A stretch of DNA of 64,000 nucleotides from Lama glama (lineage: Eukaryota), in NCBI GenBank assembly GCA_028534125.1, contig CM052831.1, positions 558,001 through 622,000 on the forward strand, in the 5' to 3' direction. The translations under genes and the position numbers were made by a program. Below the pieces are notes generated by a model. The model was given only the letters and a program-made list of their open reading frames with translations. It made no database searches and was not told where the DNA came from. Below, piece by piece: positions 46,380 to 56,908 of this stretch; within the stretch, counting starts at the first letter, position 1; each line of letters starts with the position of its first letter.

Positions 46380-49180
46380 AAATTTGTTTAGACTGTGATA
46401 AATTTTGGTTAAGTCCATTTCATCTATTTTTCTTCGGTTGCTTGCGCCTCAAGTGTCATNNNNNNNNNNNNNNNNNNNNNNNNNNNNNNNNNNNNNNNNN
46501 NNNNNNNNNNNNNNNNNNNNNNNNNNNNNNNNNNNNNNNNNNNNNNNNNNNNNNNNNNNNNNNNNNNNNNNNNNNNNNNNNNNNNNNNNNNNNNNNNNNN
46601 NNNNNNNNNNNNNNNNNNNNNNNNNNNNNNNNNNNNNNNNNNNNNTCTCGTAGAAGTCATAGAATTGAAATCGTATTTTTAAAAAATCGACTCCTCCAAC
46701 CACTGCCTCCTAATTGGGTGTTTAATCCACTTACATTTAATATGATCACTGATGAGGTAGGATTTATGTCTACCATTTTGCTTTGCTTTATGTATGTATA
46801 TGTTTCTTTTTCACTCCTCCATTCCTGCCTTAATGCCTTCTTTGGTGTTAAATAGATATTTTGTAGCATGTCATTTTAATTCCCGTGTTTCTTTTCCTTA
46901 TATGTTTTCGAAGTTATTTTCTTAGTGGCTTGTCTGGCTAACACAATATGTTAATTTACCACAATCTAGTTTGGATCGATACCAACTTCATTTCAACAGT
47001 ATACAAAAACTGCTCCAAGCGGCTCTGCCTCCTGCCCTCCTCTGTGCCGTTACTGTTACACAAGTACTGTCTGTACACACGCTGTGTCCATCAGCACACC
47101 ATTATCGCTTCATGCAGCTGTCTTTGAAGCCAGCTAAGGGAAAAAAGAATCACAAATGAAAAGTGTATTTTACATTGACATTCACACTGTCTTGTGTATT
47201 TACCTATGTACAGTAATTACCTTTTGGGGCATTCTTTATTTCTTCCTGTGGATTTAAATTTCTGTCCTTTCATTTCGATCTGGAGGAGTCCATTCAGTAT
47301 TCTTGTGAGACAATGAATTCTCTGTTGTTTAACTGAGATTGTCTTAATTTTGCCTTCATTTTTGAGGAGTAATTGTGTTGGACCTAGAACTTTGGGTTGA
47401 AGTCTCTTTCTTTTCACACTTTGAAGATGTCCCCTCACTGCCTCTGGCCTGCGTGGTTTTTGACGAGTTGTTAATAATATTCAGGACTCCTTGTATGAAT
47501 GTGAAAAGTTGCGTCTTTCTTGCTGCTTTCAAGATTCTCTTTGCCTCTGACTTCTGACGGTTTGATTACTATGTGTCGAGGTGTAGGTCTCTCTGAGTTT
47601 ACCCTACTTGGGACTTGTTGATCTTCCTGAAGATAGAAGTTAGTACTTTAAAATCAGATTTGAGAAGGTTTCAGCCGCTATTTCCTTTGCATGTTCTTCC
47701 TCTCCCCTCCTGCTTCTTCCATTATGCTGTGCTGACGTGCTGGACGGTGCCCACAGGCCCTGGGGCTTTCCTTCATTCTTCTTTCTGCCTCTTCCTCAGA
47801 CCAGAGCATCTCAGCTGATTGTCAGATAGCTAATTCAGTATTGCGGGCCTTCTGTTTCTTCAGATCTGCTCTTGGGCGTCCGCAGTGGATTCTTCATTTC
47901 TGTTGTTGGCATTTCGTTGTCCATGTGGTTCTTTTTTCTGTCTCTTTATTTTCCTCCTCGATTTGGTGAGAGTTGCTCTCATGCTTTCCTTTTGCTCTTC
48001 AGACGTGTTTCCTTTGTTTCTTTGCACATAATTAGGCGACTTACACAAAGTCTTTGTCAAGTAAGCCCACTGTGGGCTTCCTCAGGGATATTTCTGTTGA
48101 CTAATTGTTTATTTTTGCTTTTGTCTTTCTCTGCATGTCTCCTCATTTTTTTGTTGACTGTTTTTATTTAAAATAGTCTAATATGTCAACTCTGGAAAAT
48201 CATATTCTCTCTCCATCAGTTTTTTGTTGTGACTTTTAAAAATGTGTTGTTGGTTTGTCTGTGATTTTTCTGAACTAATTCTTTAATGTTTGTATTCTTT
48301 GTCATGTGTGGTTACTGAACTCTGTCTTGTTAGCTTGTTGGTCAGCGGATGTTTGGACAGAGATTTCCTAAATTCATGGAACCAGCACGTGTCCCTCTCA
48401 GCTGGGGGCCCTGTGTGTGTGTCTTGGGGCTCACCTTCGCCTCCTGGCCAGTTTACAGCTGCGTCTTAGCCTTCACTTCCTGCCTGGGTGAGCGCTCTCC
48501 GTCGGCCAGAGGCGAGCGCTTGGGACCGTCTCAGGTCTTTTCTGAGCAAGCGCACAGCCCTCCACACGCACACAGTCCCGCACACCAGCGTGGCCGTCCA
48601 GAATCTCAGGGCTCCGTCGGTTCCGTGTCCCTGGGGGTATCTCACTTCCCAGATTCTCCTTCTAGAAGAGCTCCCTAAGCTTTCTGGTTGACCCATTGTT
48701 TGCCCCAACTGTCATCCAGGCATCTGCAATGTTCAACACTTGCCTTTGATCGTTTTTGCACACAACTCCAGGAGACAGGCTGTTTGCACTGGGTGAGCTC
48801 TGAGTCATTTCAAATAACGCCCATTTTGCGAGTGACATCTTCAAGCCAAACAATGACGGTTCTCAGGGAACAGGGCCTTAAAGAAGCACCTATCCCTTCC
48901 TGTCACCCCCATGGCTGCCTGGCTGCTGGTTTTCACGTGATGGGGGGCTGTTGGCTTCCAAGCTGTCATGGGGAGTGGGGGGTGGACTAGGGCAAAGTGT
49001 GATGGAACAAAGCTCATTGTTCTTACTTTTAATTAACTTACATTCAGATGGCGGCATGCCTTTGGTAAATTCCAGAGTTCTGAAATGTTGATTCTGACCA
49101 TGCTTTCCAGAGTTCTCATTGCTTTTATGCAGGAGAGAAATGCGGAAGGCCCCTACTCAGCCATTTTTGCTGCTGTCCCA
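46380..49180 (-). mobile_element. L1MD/L1M4-type LINE, 5'UTR-ORF1 region, antisense
   Basis: Long T-rich tract (TTTAATCCACTTACATTTAAT; CTTGCTGCTTTCAAGATTCTCTTTG), ending at CCCTACTCAGCCATTTTTG. Confidence 0.75.
46460..46645. other. Assembly gap (186 N)
   Basis: Run of N. Confidence 1.
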
Positions 49181-49282
49181 CCTCTGAGCAATTTTTGACT
49201 CTTACTTCACATGAAACTGCAATGAAGTTGGTTTCCCACCCACAGTGGCTAGGCAGCAGCAAGTTGGAAGGAGAGAAAACGG

Positions 49283-49339
49283 GTGCCACGGTGGTGCATT
49301 AGTGCCACGGTGGTGCATTTGTGCTATGGTGGTGCATTC
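49283..49339. repeat. 19-bp tandem repeat x3
   Basis: GTGCCACGGTGGTGCATTA / GTGCCACGGTGGTGCATTT / GTGCTATGGTGGTGCATTC. Confidence 0.9.
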
Positions 49340-50831
49340 TTTAACGCCATGAGTGTTCCTTCTCCCCCATTTCTTTTCAAGCCAGAGAGACCTGCTTGGA
49401 TATCAGACAGGAACCTAGCTGTGTTGAGCAGGGAACGTCAGGAAAGACTTGTCTGTCAGCTCCTCATTTTCTGTACCTGCTCCATTTAATGAGTCCTGTG
49501 CTCTGAAGACCCCCTTCTGCAGGCCTGGGCTCTGTTCTGTTTGGAGGTTTGAAGTCTGTGGCTCTGGTGATTAGCTGGCTCAGTTTTCTGTCCCTGCTCT
49601 GGAGACCTCCTAGCAGGAGCCGCCCGTGTCTCCCTGTCATCTTCCCATCCTGCACAGCTGGGTGGCAGAATAATGACTTTATTAAGCGCATCCTGCACTT
49701 AATTCCCCAGGGATGTCGGTCCATTAGGAAAGACCAGATCCGCCACCAGCAGCATGCAGCTGGCTGTCTCCTCTGTCCGGACCCGGGTGGGGGTCCCCGG
49801 GGGGATGAACACTGGTCAGGCCCAGCTGATTCTGGGGGCCTGGGGGCTGACCTGGAGGGAGGCCACCGTCCCCCACAGGAGTCGAGGGAGCCACGTGGGT
49901 CTAATGACCTGTGTGGGGTGGGCCCACCTCTGAGTAGGGGTCTGGAGTCCAGCATCAGTCAGCTTCCAGAGTCCTGGGAGGGGTCTAGGGTAAGGACTCA
50001 CGTTCCCCAAAGCTCCGTGTAGGGTCTGGGGGTCTGAGCAGACACCTGAGTCTATCGGGAAGGGCAAAGGGAGGGTTCACGGAGTCGAGGAGGAAGGAGG
50101 CCGAGAGGGGCCGCGGAGGCCCAGCCTGCAGGAAGCTCTCAGCAGAGGCTGAGGGAGGCACTGCCTGAGGGCATTTACCACCTGGGATGGGAGCGAGGTG
50201 CGTCCGTCTCTCAGCCTGAACTCGGGTGGTTTCCCTGGGCCTCAGCCTTCTCACCCCTGAAGGGGACCGTGGCGCTTCACCTCTAAGAAGCCCAAGGTCA
50301 CAGAGAAGCCAGTCGTTGGAGTCTGCACACTGGGGCAGACATGGGTGGGACGCTGCCCCCAGGTGCTGGGGGTGCACCCTCACTTGTTCTGGCGGGGGGA
50401 TCCTGCGTCCTGGGTCAGTCAGGCCTCCTCCGGCGGTGAGGGCAGGAGACCGGATGTGATTGGCACGTCGCTGAAGGTCTTGACTCTGGTCCAGCTCCTT
50501 GGTCCAGTGGCATCAGCGGGGGCGGCCCCCCCCCCCACAGCCCTCCGTTCTCCCTCCCTCTGCACAGCTCGCTTCTGGGCAGGCTCCCCTCCCTTCGGGT
50601 CCCGTTGGCCACAGCCTCCATTCCACCAGCTCCCAATCCCAGGGCCCCTCATGTCCCCGCCTGACTCCCGGGTCCGGCACCAAACCAGCTGTCTGACCCT
50701 GAAAGTCCAGGCCTAGACCACGTGCCTGTCCTTGGAGGGGGGTGGGAGCTCACTCTTTCCTTCCTACATGCAGTGAAAGCAGGGCTGTTCCCAGAGGATT
50801 CTGGGCAGATGCGACCATCAGTGCTGTATTC

Positions 50832-51163
50832 TGTATTTGTCCCCCGCCGGCCGCGTGACAAAGTGCCACAGACTGGGGGCGTCCACAGCAGACGTTGGTC
50901 TCAGAGTCTTGGGGGTCGGGAAGTCCAAGATCACGACTGGCAAATTCGGCTTCTGGTGAGGGCTCTCCTCCCGGCGTGCAGAGGCCGCCTTCTGGCTGTG
51001 TCCTCCCAGGACACAGCCTGTGGGCCGCGGTCTGGTGCCTCTTCTGAGGACACGTCTCATCTAACCCTAATTACTCCCAAAGCCCTGCCTCCAAATCCAT
51101 TGCCATGGGCGTTAGGGCTTCAGTGTACGAGTCTGGGGGGATGCAAACTTTCAGCCCGTAGCA
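50832..51163 (-). mobile_element. MLT1A-type solo LTR
   Basis: GGGAAGTCCAAGATCA...TCTGGTGAGGGC...CTAATTACTCCCAAAG...TTCAGCCCGTAGCA. Confidence 0.85.
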
Positions 51164-51579
51164 GGCTCCCTGCGTGGCGTCACTGGGTCCACCACCCAGG
51201 CCTGCGTCCAGTCGGCCTCGTGTCCTCCTGGTCCCTGGGCCTGGGGCCTGTGCTTGTCCCACTCGTGGCCCCCCGCCCGGCCAGACCTCACTCCCCTGGA
51301 CCCTGTGGGCCCAGCCCCGCCCTCAGCCCCGCCCCGGCCAGGGTCTCTGCTGGCTGTCCCCGCGAGGCTAGTCCTTTTACCTGTTCATTCGCTTGTTCCT
51401 TTGTTTATCCACTCATTCCTTCACCCGCTCTCCCCTGAGCAAAAGGAGTTAAGGCACCACCCCAGGGGATGGAGGCACTGGGACAGATTGGCCCCAGATC
51501 AAAGGGACCCTCCTCCTTGCCAGGCCCTCCACCGACTGAGCCATTGAAGATCATTTCCTTGAAGGGTTGCTGTCACGTG

Positions 51580-54500
51580 GGGAGCCGCGCACAGAGTGTA
51601 TGTAGAAGTCGGCGTTCTGGCACAACATATACCCTTGAACCTACCATCCTGCTCAAGACGGCGCGCACATCTACGCCTCAAGCTTCCAAACGCCCCTTGT
51701 CATTTTGTCCCTCCTGCCCTCCCCCGGCCCCCGGTCTGCTTCCAGCCACCTCAGAATTTCCTGACACTTTATACCAGCGGAACAGACAGTCTGTGCTCCC
51801 GTCTGTCCGGTCTCACTCAGCAGGGCTCCCGCGGGGCTCCCGCGTTGGGGCGGCACGGATGTCCAGTGGTCCCTCTCATACGGACACAGCACTGTGTCCG
51901 CCCCGTTACCCGTGGACAGATTTTGGATGTGCTGGGAGCGTGCATGCAAGGCCAGGACCGGGAAGGGACAGGACAGGATGGAAACCTGCCGGCCTTGGGC
52001 TTTGTGAGGCGGGAGTCCCAGCACGCACGCCGAGGGCTGGCTGTTTGGGGAACGTGGGAACACGCTTGTCCCTTGACCAGGTTTTCCCCGCTGTGCACTG
52101 TAGAAACTGGGTTTGGTGTCGGAAGGTTTGGAAAATCCTCCCTGTTCTTGGAGACTCACCGTCTATATTAGCTTGTTAAAGGCTCTGAGAAGTCCCGCAG
52201 GAGGGAAAAACTCTGGTGTTTCTAGTAAACTAACTTGGCCACGCAGCCTCCAGCCCCCTTTTGTCCCGTGATGACAGTGCATCCCCGAGGGGGACGGGCT
52301 GAGAGCTCGGGCCTGGACCGCGGCGCTGCCCACATGCAAGTGGGGCGTCCGCTCCCAGATGCGTCACCCCCATCCTGACGCTCCGCCCACCAGTGTCACG
52401 TGCATTCACAACAGACTTGAACATTTTCAATTACAAAGGAGAGTAAAATGACACGTTTTGTCAGCGCTCTGCCTCTGTGCATTCAGTGTGTGTGCGTGCG
52501 TGTGGCTGGTGTGTGCACGTGTGATTTAAAGGAGTGGGCCCCCCCACAATTGCCGCCGTCCTGAGCCCAGTGTTTCTCGTCTCCACGCCCGTCGTGACTC
52601 TTGCATCACCAGGTAACATGTGGTTCTGTGTCACACGTCTCCAGTGTCATGACCGATCATAAACTGTACGTCGAATTCTGCATCTCGTGTTCTTTTCTAA
52701 GCGCGTCTTAGGTTTAGCACTGGCCCCGATGTGGGAGGCGCTGCCCGGGCTCCCCTGGACGGACAGAGCGCGGCTCGTGCTCTGTTCTCTGCCGTGGACT
52801 TCTGGGCTGCACCTCGCTTTCCCCCATAATAGATAAACCTGCAGTGACAATTTCTGTGGGGGTCTTCTTGTTACGGGTGTGAGAGCTAGGGGTGGCATTG
52901 CGGGGTCATGGGGTAGGGGTCTCTCTGCTCAGATGGGCCACCTCACAAGAGGAGACCCACAACACTGCGTCTGCAGTGAGAGAGGCCCCCCGCCAGCCCC
53001 GCAGGGACCTTTACCCTGTGCTCCGGCGGAGGGAGTGCTCGCTGCGGTGCCCAGCGCTGCGGCTACATGCAGTGGGCGTGGCTTCCCTGTGCAGGTGGGG
53101 AGGTGACCCCGTGTTACTCCAGGAGAGCCGCATTCCCGGGCAGGCTACCCGCCGACCCTGCTGGACTGGTGGCCCCGCCTCCCGGGGTCCAAGGCTTTCC
53201 CAGCAGCCGTAGCAGCTCCTGCCTGAACTCAGGAGTCCCAGGGGCTGAAGTCTGGGTGCTGGGGTCATAGTTCAGAGGTCTGCCAAGCTCTCACCCTGCC
53301 CCTTCCTGCAAAGAAGCCCCCACATAACATGCAGAGGCCCGGGTGGGGTGTGGGATCAGTCCTCCCTCGCCCATCTCAAAGGACCCCAGCGTCTCCTCCG
53401 GCTTCCTTCTGCGCTCCGACCTTTGACCTTGAAGCGCACCCGTCCTGTCGGTCTGTTCTAACGTCTGGCCTAGGTTTGCAGAGCGACAGGCCTGTCTGGG
53501 AACGCCAGACTCTCGGTGGCAGGGAAACGCCTGCCCCACGGTAGCTGCTCAGTGAGCACGCGGGGACCCACAGAGACCGCACCAACGCCCCTTAGCTCCG
53601 CCCCCCGTCGCCGGGGACTCCGCCGCCCTCTCGCCCTGCGAAGGCCCGTTCTGCCTCCCGCCTGGTCTCTGGCTGGGCTGCCAGACGTTTTCTTTCTGAT
53701 CTGTAGCCGCTCCTTCCGCGTTGTGAGTAATAACCTTCCGTCAGTTGTGTGCACAGCAAATCTCTCTCCCGGTCTGTGGCTCGTTGTTCTGTTCTGTTTG
53801 CTGGGTCTCGTCTTAGAGCCACGTTACGTTTTAATGTACGCAAAGTTCTCAGCCTTTTCCTTTGTCGTTTGTGATTTTGTGTGTCAGTCAATAAACCTTT
53901 TCCCGCCAGAAGTCATGATATTTTCCTGATTTTTTACAAGCCTTATAGTTTTCCTTCATCGTTTAATTCTGTAATGTGTCTTTGAAAAATGTTGTATGAT
54001 TTGAGTTAAAGATTTTCTTTCCTTTTTCCCTGCGGGCAGGGGAGCCGTGCTTGCTTCCCGCGCTGTCTGCGGGCTGGACCTTTGCTTCTGTGAGTCTGCG
54101 CCGGGCTCCCTCCCCGGCCCTCTGCTGTCTGCTCCCTGGGCCGACATCCCTGCCTGAGGTACTAAGCTCTGTGGGCGACGCGACAGCTCTCTTGGGGGTC
54201 CTCACCCCTTTGTTCGGGATGTCGCAGCTGTTCTCAGTCCTTCGTTCACCCACGTAAGTTTTAGGGCTAGCTTGGCATGTTCTGTAAAGTTCCCTGTTGG
54301 GGTTCAATTGAGGTCAGATTGAATCTGCAGGTCAGTGTGGGACAGTTGTCGTTTTGTGACGTGGAGCCTTCTCAGCCACGCACGTGGCCTGTCTGCCTAG
54401 TTTACGTCGGTCTGCTTTTATGTTTCTCAGTAAAGCCCTGTGATTTCCCCCACAAAGTTTATGCCCATCTTTTGTTAGACGGCTTCCCAACCCTGTGAAT

Positions 54501-55290
54501 GCATTGTTACTGTTCTTGGTGTCTTTAAAGCCAAGCTTTCCGATTGTCGGCTTTGTGGTCTCGAGACACGGCGTGTGCCGTGCTTCGAGCCGCGTCTGAG
54601 CGTCGCAGGCCCGTGCCGCGGCTCGGCTCGCTGCAGGCTCTCCGGGACTTGCAGTGCACGACGGCTTTCAGTTCGTGCACGGAGAACATTTTGGTTGCTT
54701 CCTTTCCAATCCTTTTACATTTAATTTCTTTTTCTTGTCCTACTGCACAAACTAAGATTTTTATTTTAATCTATTTTTAAAAATTATTGTGTTTTTTAAA
54801 ATTAAAAGAAAAAGCCAGTTTTGTGGTTGGAAGTGACGTATGGGTTAGGAAGCTCAGAGATTGTAATTTTTTTATGGAGGTACTGGGGACTGAACCCAGG
54901 ACCCCGTGCATGCTAAGCACGCGCCCACCCTGAGCTCCGCCCTCCCCGCAAGCTCAGGCTTTTGGCGCAACGTCGAGGCGCTGTGGTGGCAGCCTGACTC
55001 TTACTGGATGCTCTAATATCTCATCGTTAATTGTGACTCTGGCGCGTTTTCACACGGCTTTGGTCACACTAAGGGCTCCGCTGTATGCGTGTTTTGTTAG
55101 GCATCTTTGCTGTGAATGGACAGTGAGTCACACTGAAGTGCTTGTCCTGCAACAAGAAGATGGGCTTACGGTTCTTCCTTTAGTCTGTTGAGAGCACATA
55201 CGCTAATAGCTGTTTTTCTTGTGAGCACCCTTCTGTTGCTGGAAGAGAGTGATCTTGGCCCCATGTTTGGAGACGGTTATCTGAAAGTGG
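51580..55290 (-). mobile_element. Mosaic of old antisense L1 (L1ME/L1MC) fragments
   Basis: T-rich L1 ORF2/3'UTR-like motifs at ~51600-51930, 52400-53000 and 53680-54790 (e.g. GATTGAATCTGCAGGTCAGTGTGGG, TTAATTTCTTTTTCTTGTC). Confidence 0.5.
54858..54949 (-). mobile_element. tRNA-Ala(AGC)-derived SINE (camelid Vic-1 type) with target-site duplication
   Basis: Reverse complement reads GGGGAGGGCGGAGCTCAG...GTGCTTAGCATGCAC...GGTTCAGTCCCCAGTACCTCCA plus an A-tail; AAGCTCAG direct repeats at 54850-54857 and 54950-54957. Confidence 0.85.
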
Positions 55291-55312
55291 TCCAGCCTGA
55301 GGGGTTTTTTAC

Positions 55313-55792
55313 TGTGGAAATAAATGAAGACCAACCGAAAGGGAAGCAAAGTCTGCTTATTTAGAGATTTCTGAGGCAGGGGAGCTGGCCACCAGCTCTT
55401 GCGTTCTGGCCGAGACGCAGCGGCAGGCGGAGGACGGGGAGAGCTTCACAGCGGGAAAGGGGCGGCTCCGGGGCGGATGGACGGAGGCGGGGCGGAGTCC
55501 TCCTGGCTGGTCGGGGGCGTCCTGGGTCTCTGGTTGGTCCGAAGTTGGGCAGCGGCGGGGAAGTTGTCAGTTACGGACCCGGTCCTGGCCGCCTGGGGCC
55601 GGTTACTACGAGGGTTGTGGGCTTCCCGGAGCTTGCCGGGGACCGAGGTCCGGCCTCCCACGAGTCCGACGGGCAGGTGGCAGGGCTGGCGTCTGCAGCG
55701 CTGGGTCGGTTTCCCGGGCTGGTTGCTGCAGACTGTGGTCCGAGCTCCACCTTTGTCCGTGGTCCGGCCATCGTCTGCACATTCAGTCTCTC
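55313..55792 (-). mobile_element. CpG-rich ERV-like LTR
   Basis: TG start, degenerate reverse poly(A) signal (CTTATTT), GC boxes, GGTTGG, LTR-like layout; family not assigned. Confidence 0.5.
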
Positions 55793-56814
55793 CCTCTGAG
55801 GGGCTCAGTGTCAACCCACATCTCCCCACGGCCACATCCTCTACCCTGAGCGCCAGCTCTTCTGAGACCAGACTGCCCCTCACCCACCCGCGCTGACCCA
55901 CGACCCACGACCCAGTCTCTGTGCTGCCCCTCCTCCCCCGACTTCGTGGCTGGTTCCGTTCTCTGCCGGTTCCAGGTCCTGGTGTGCTCCCGCCCCCCTT
56001 TCCTACCAGTTCCCCTTCCCTTTAAAGGGGTGTTTGTTGTGCTTTGTCCGCTCTGTCTGTGTGTTTGCGGCAGTGTCGAGCTTTGCAGTCTGCCAAGGTG
56101 CCGGTACCAGAAGTCTCCAAGCATCTTTTGAAGTGGGAAGCGCTTGCTTTCTTTTTTTAAAGCGAAAAAGCACTCATTAGCTGTGTCCTGCAGAGGGGCC
56201 CAGGCTGGCCACACGGAGCAGGATCTGGCCCTCAGTCATGTTTTTGTTCAAAATGAAACCGAAACAGTTTGCTAGCGTCCTGATGTAAATCTCTGCAGAA
56301 AGCACGTCCTTGGTGTCCACCAAGGGTTTAGAATTTGTGGCGGAATGCTGGCAAAAATACCCCGTCATTCCCCCTTGCAGCCTCGCTCCCCTGCGACGAG
56401 GTGCGGCCCCCACCAAAGGGCGGAGTCAGTCCCCAGCCCTGCCTCTGGGCGCCGGCCCGCTTCGGTCAGTAGGACGTGGCGGGAGTGACGAGGATCTGGT
56501 TCCCAGCTCAGGTCTCAGGAGGCCTGTGCTGTCCCCGGTGGCACCTGAAACCGCCCCGCTGCCGGGGACACGCCGGGCTGGCCTGCTGGAGGACGGGCTG
56601 GGTGGAGCAGAGACAGACTGTGCCTCTGTTCAGGCTGCTCTCTGCTATCAGGCAGCGGCTGCAGACGGGCGAGCCCGGGCAGCAGAGGCACAGAGTCTGG
56701 AGCCAAATGAACAGCCGTTTACAATGCGTAGGTCTCCCGGTTTGGGGGGCCTACTGTGCAGCAGAACCAGCTTCCCCGTGTCTGAGTTTGCAGTCATGGC
56801 TGCTCGTGTCCCAG

Positions 56815-56908
56815 GCCGGGTGCCGGGTGCTGGTGCTGGGTGCTGGTGCCGGTGCTAGGTGCCAGGTGCCGGGTGCCGGTGCTGGGTGCCGGGTGCTGGT
56901 GCTGGGTG
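56815..56908. repeat. (GGTGCY/GGGTGCY)n simple tandem repeat
   Basis: About 14 units of 6-7 bp. Confidence 0.9.

Noticed and set aside
54875-54949. Functional tRNA-Ala gene
   Set aside because: Damaged D-arm and T-loop, encoded CCA plus A-tail and TSD indicate a retroposed SINE
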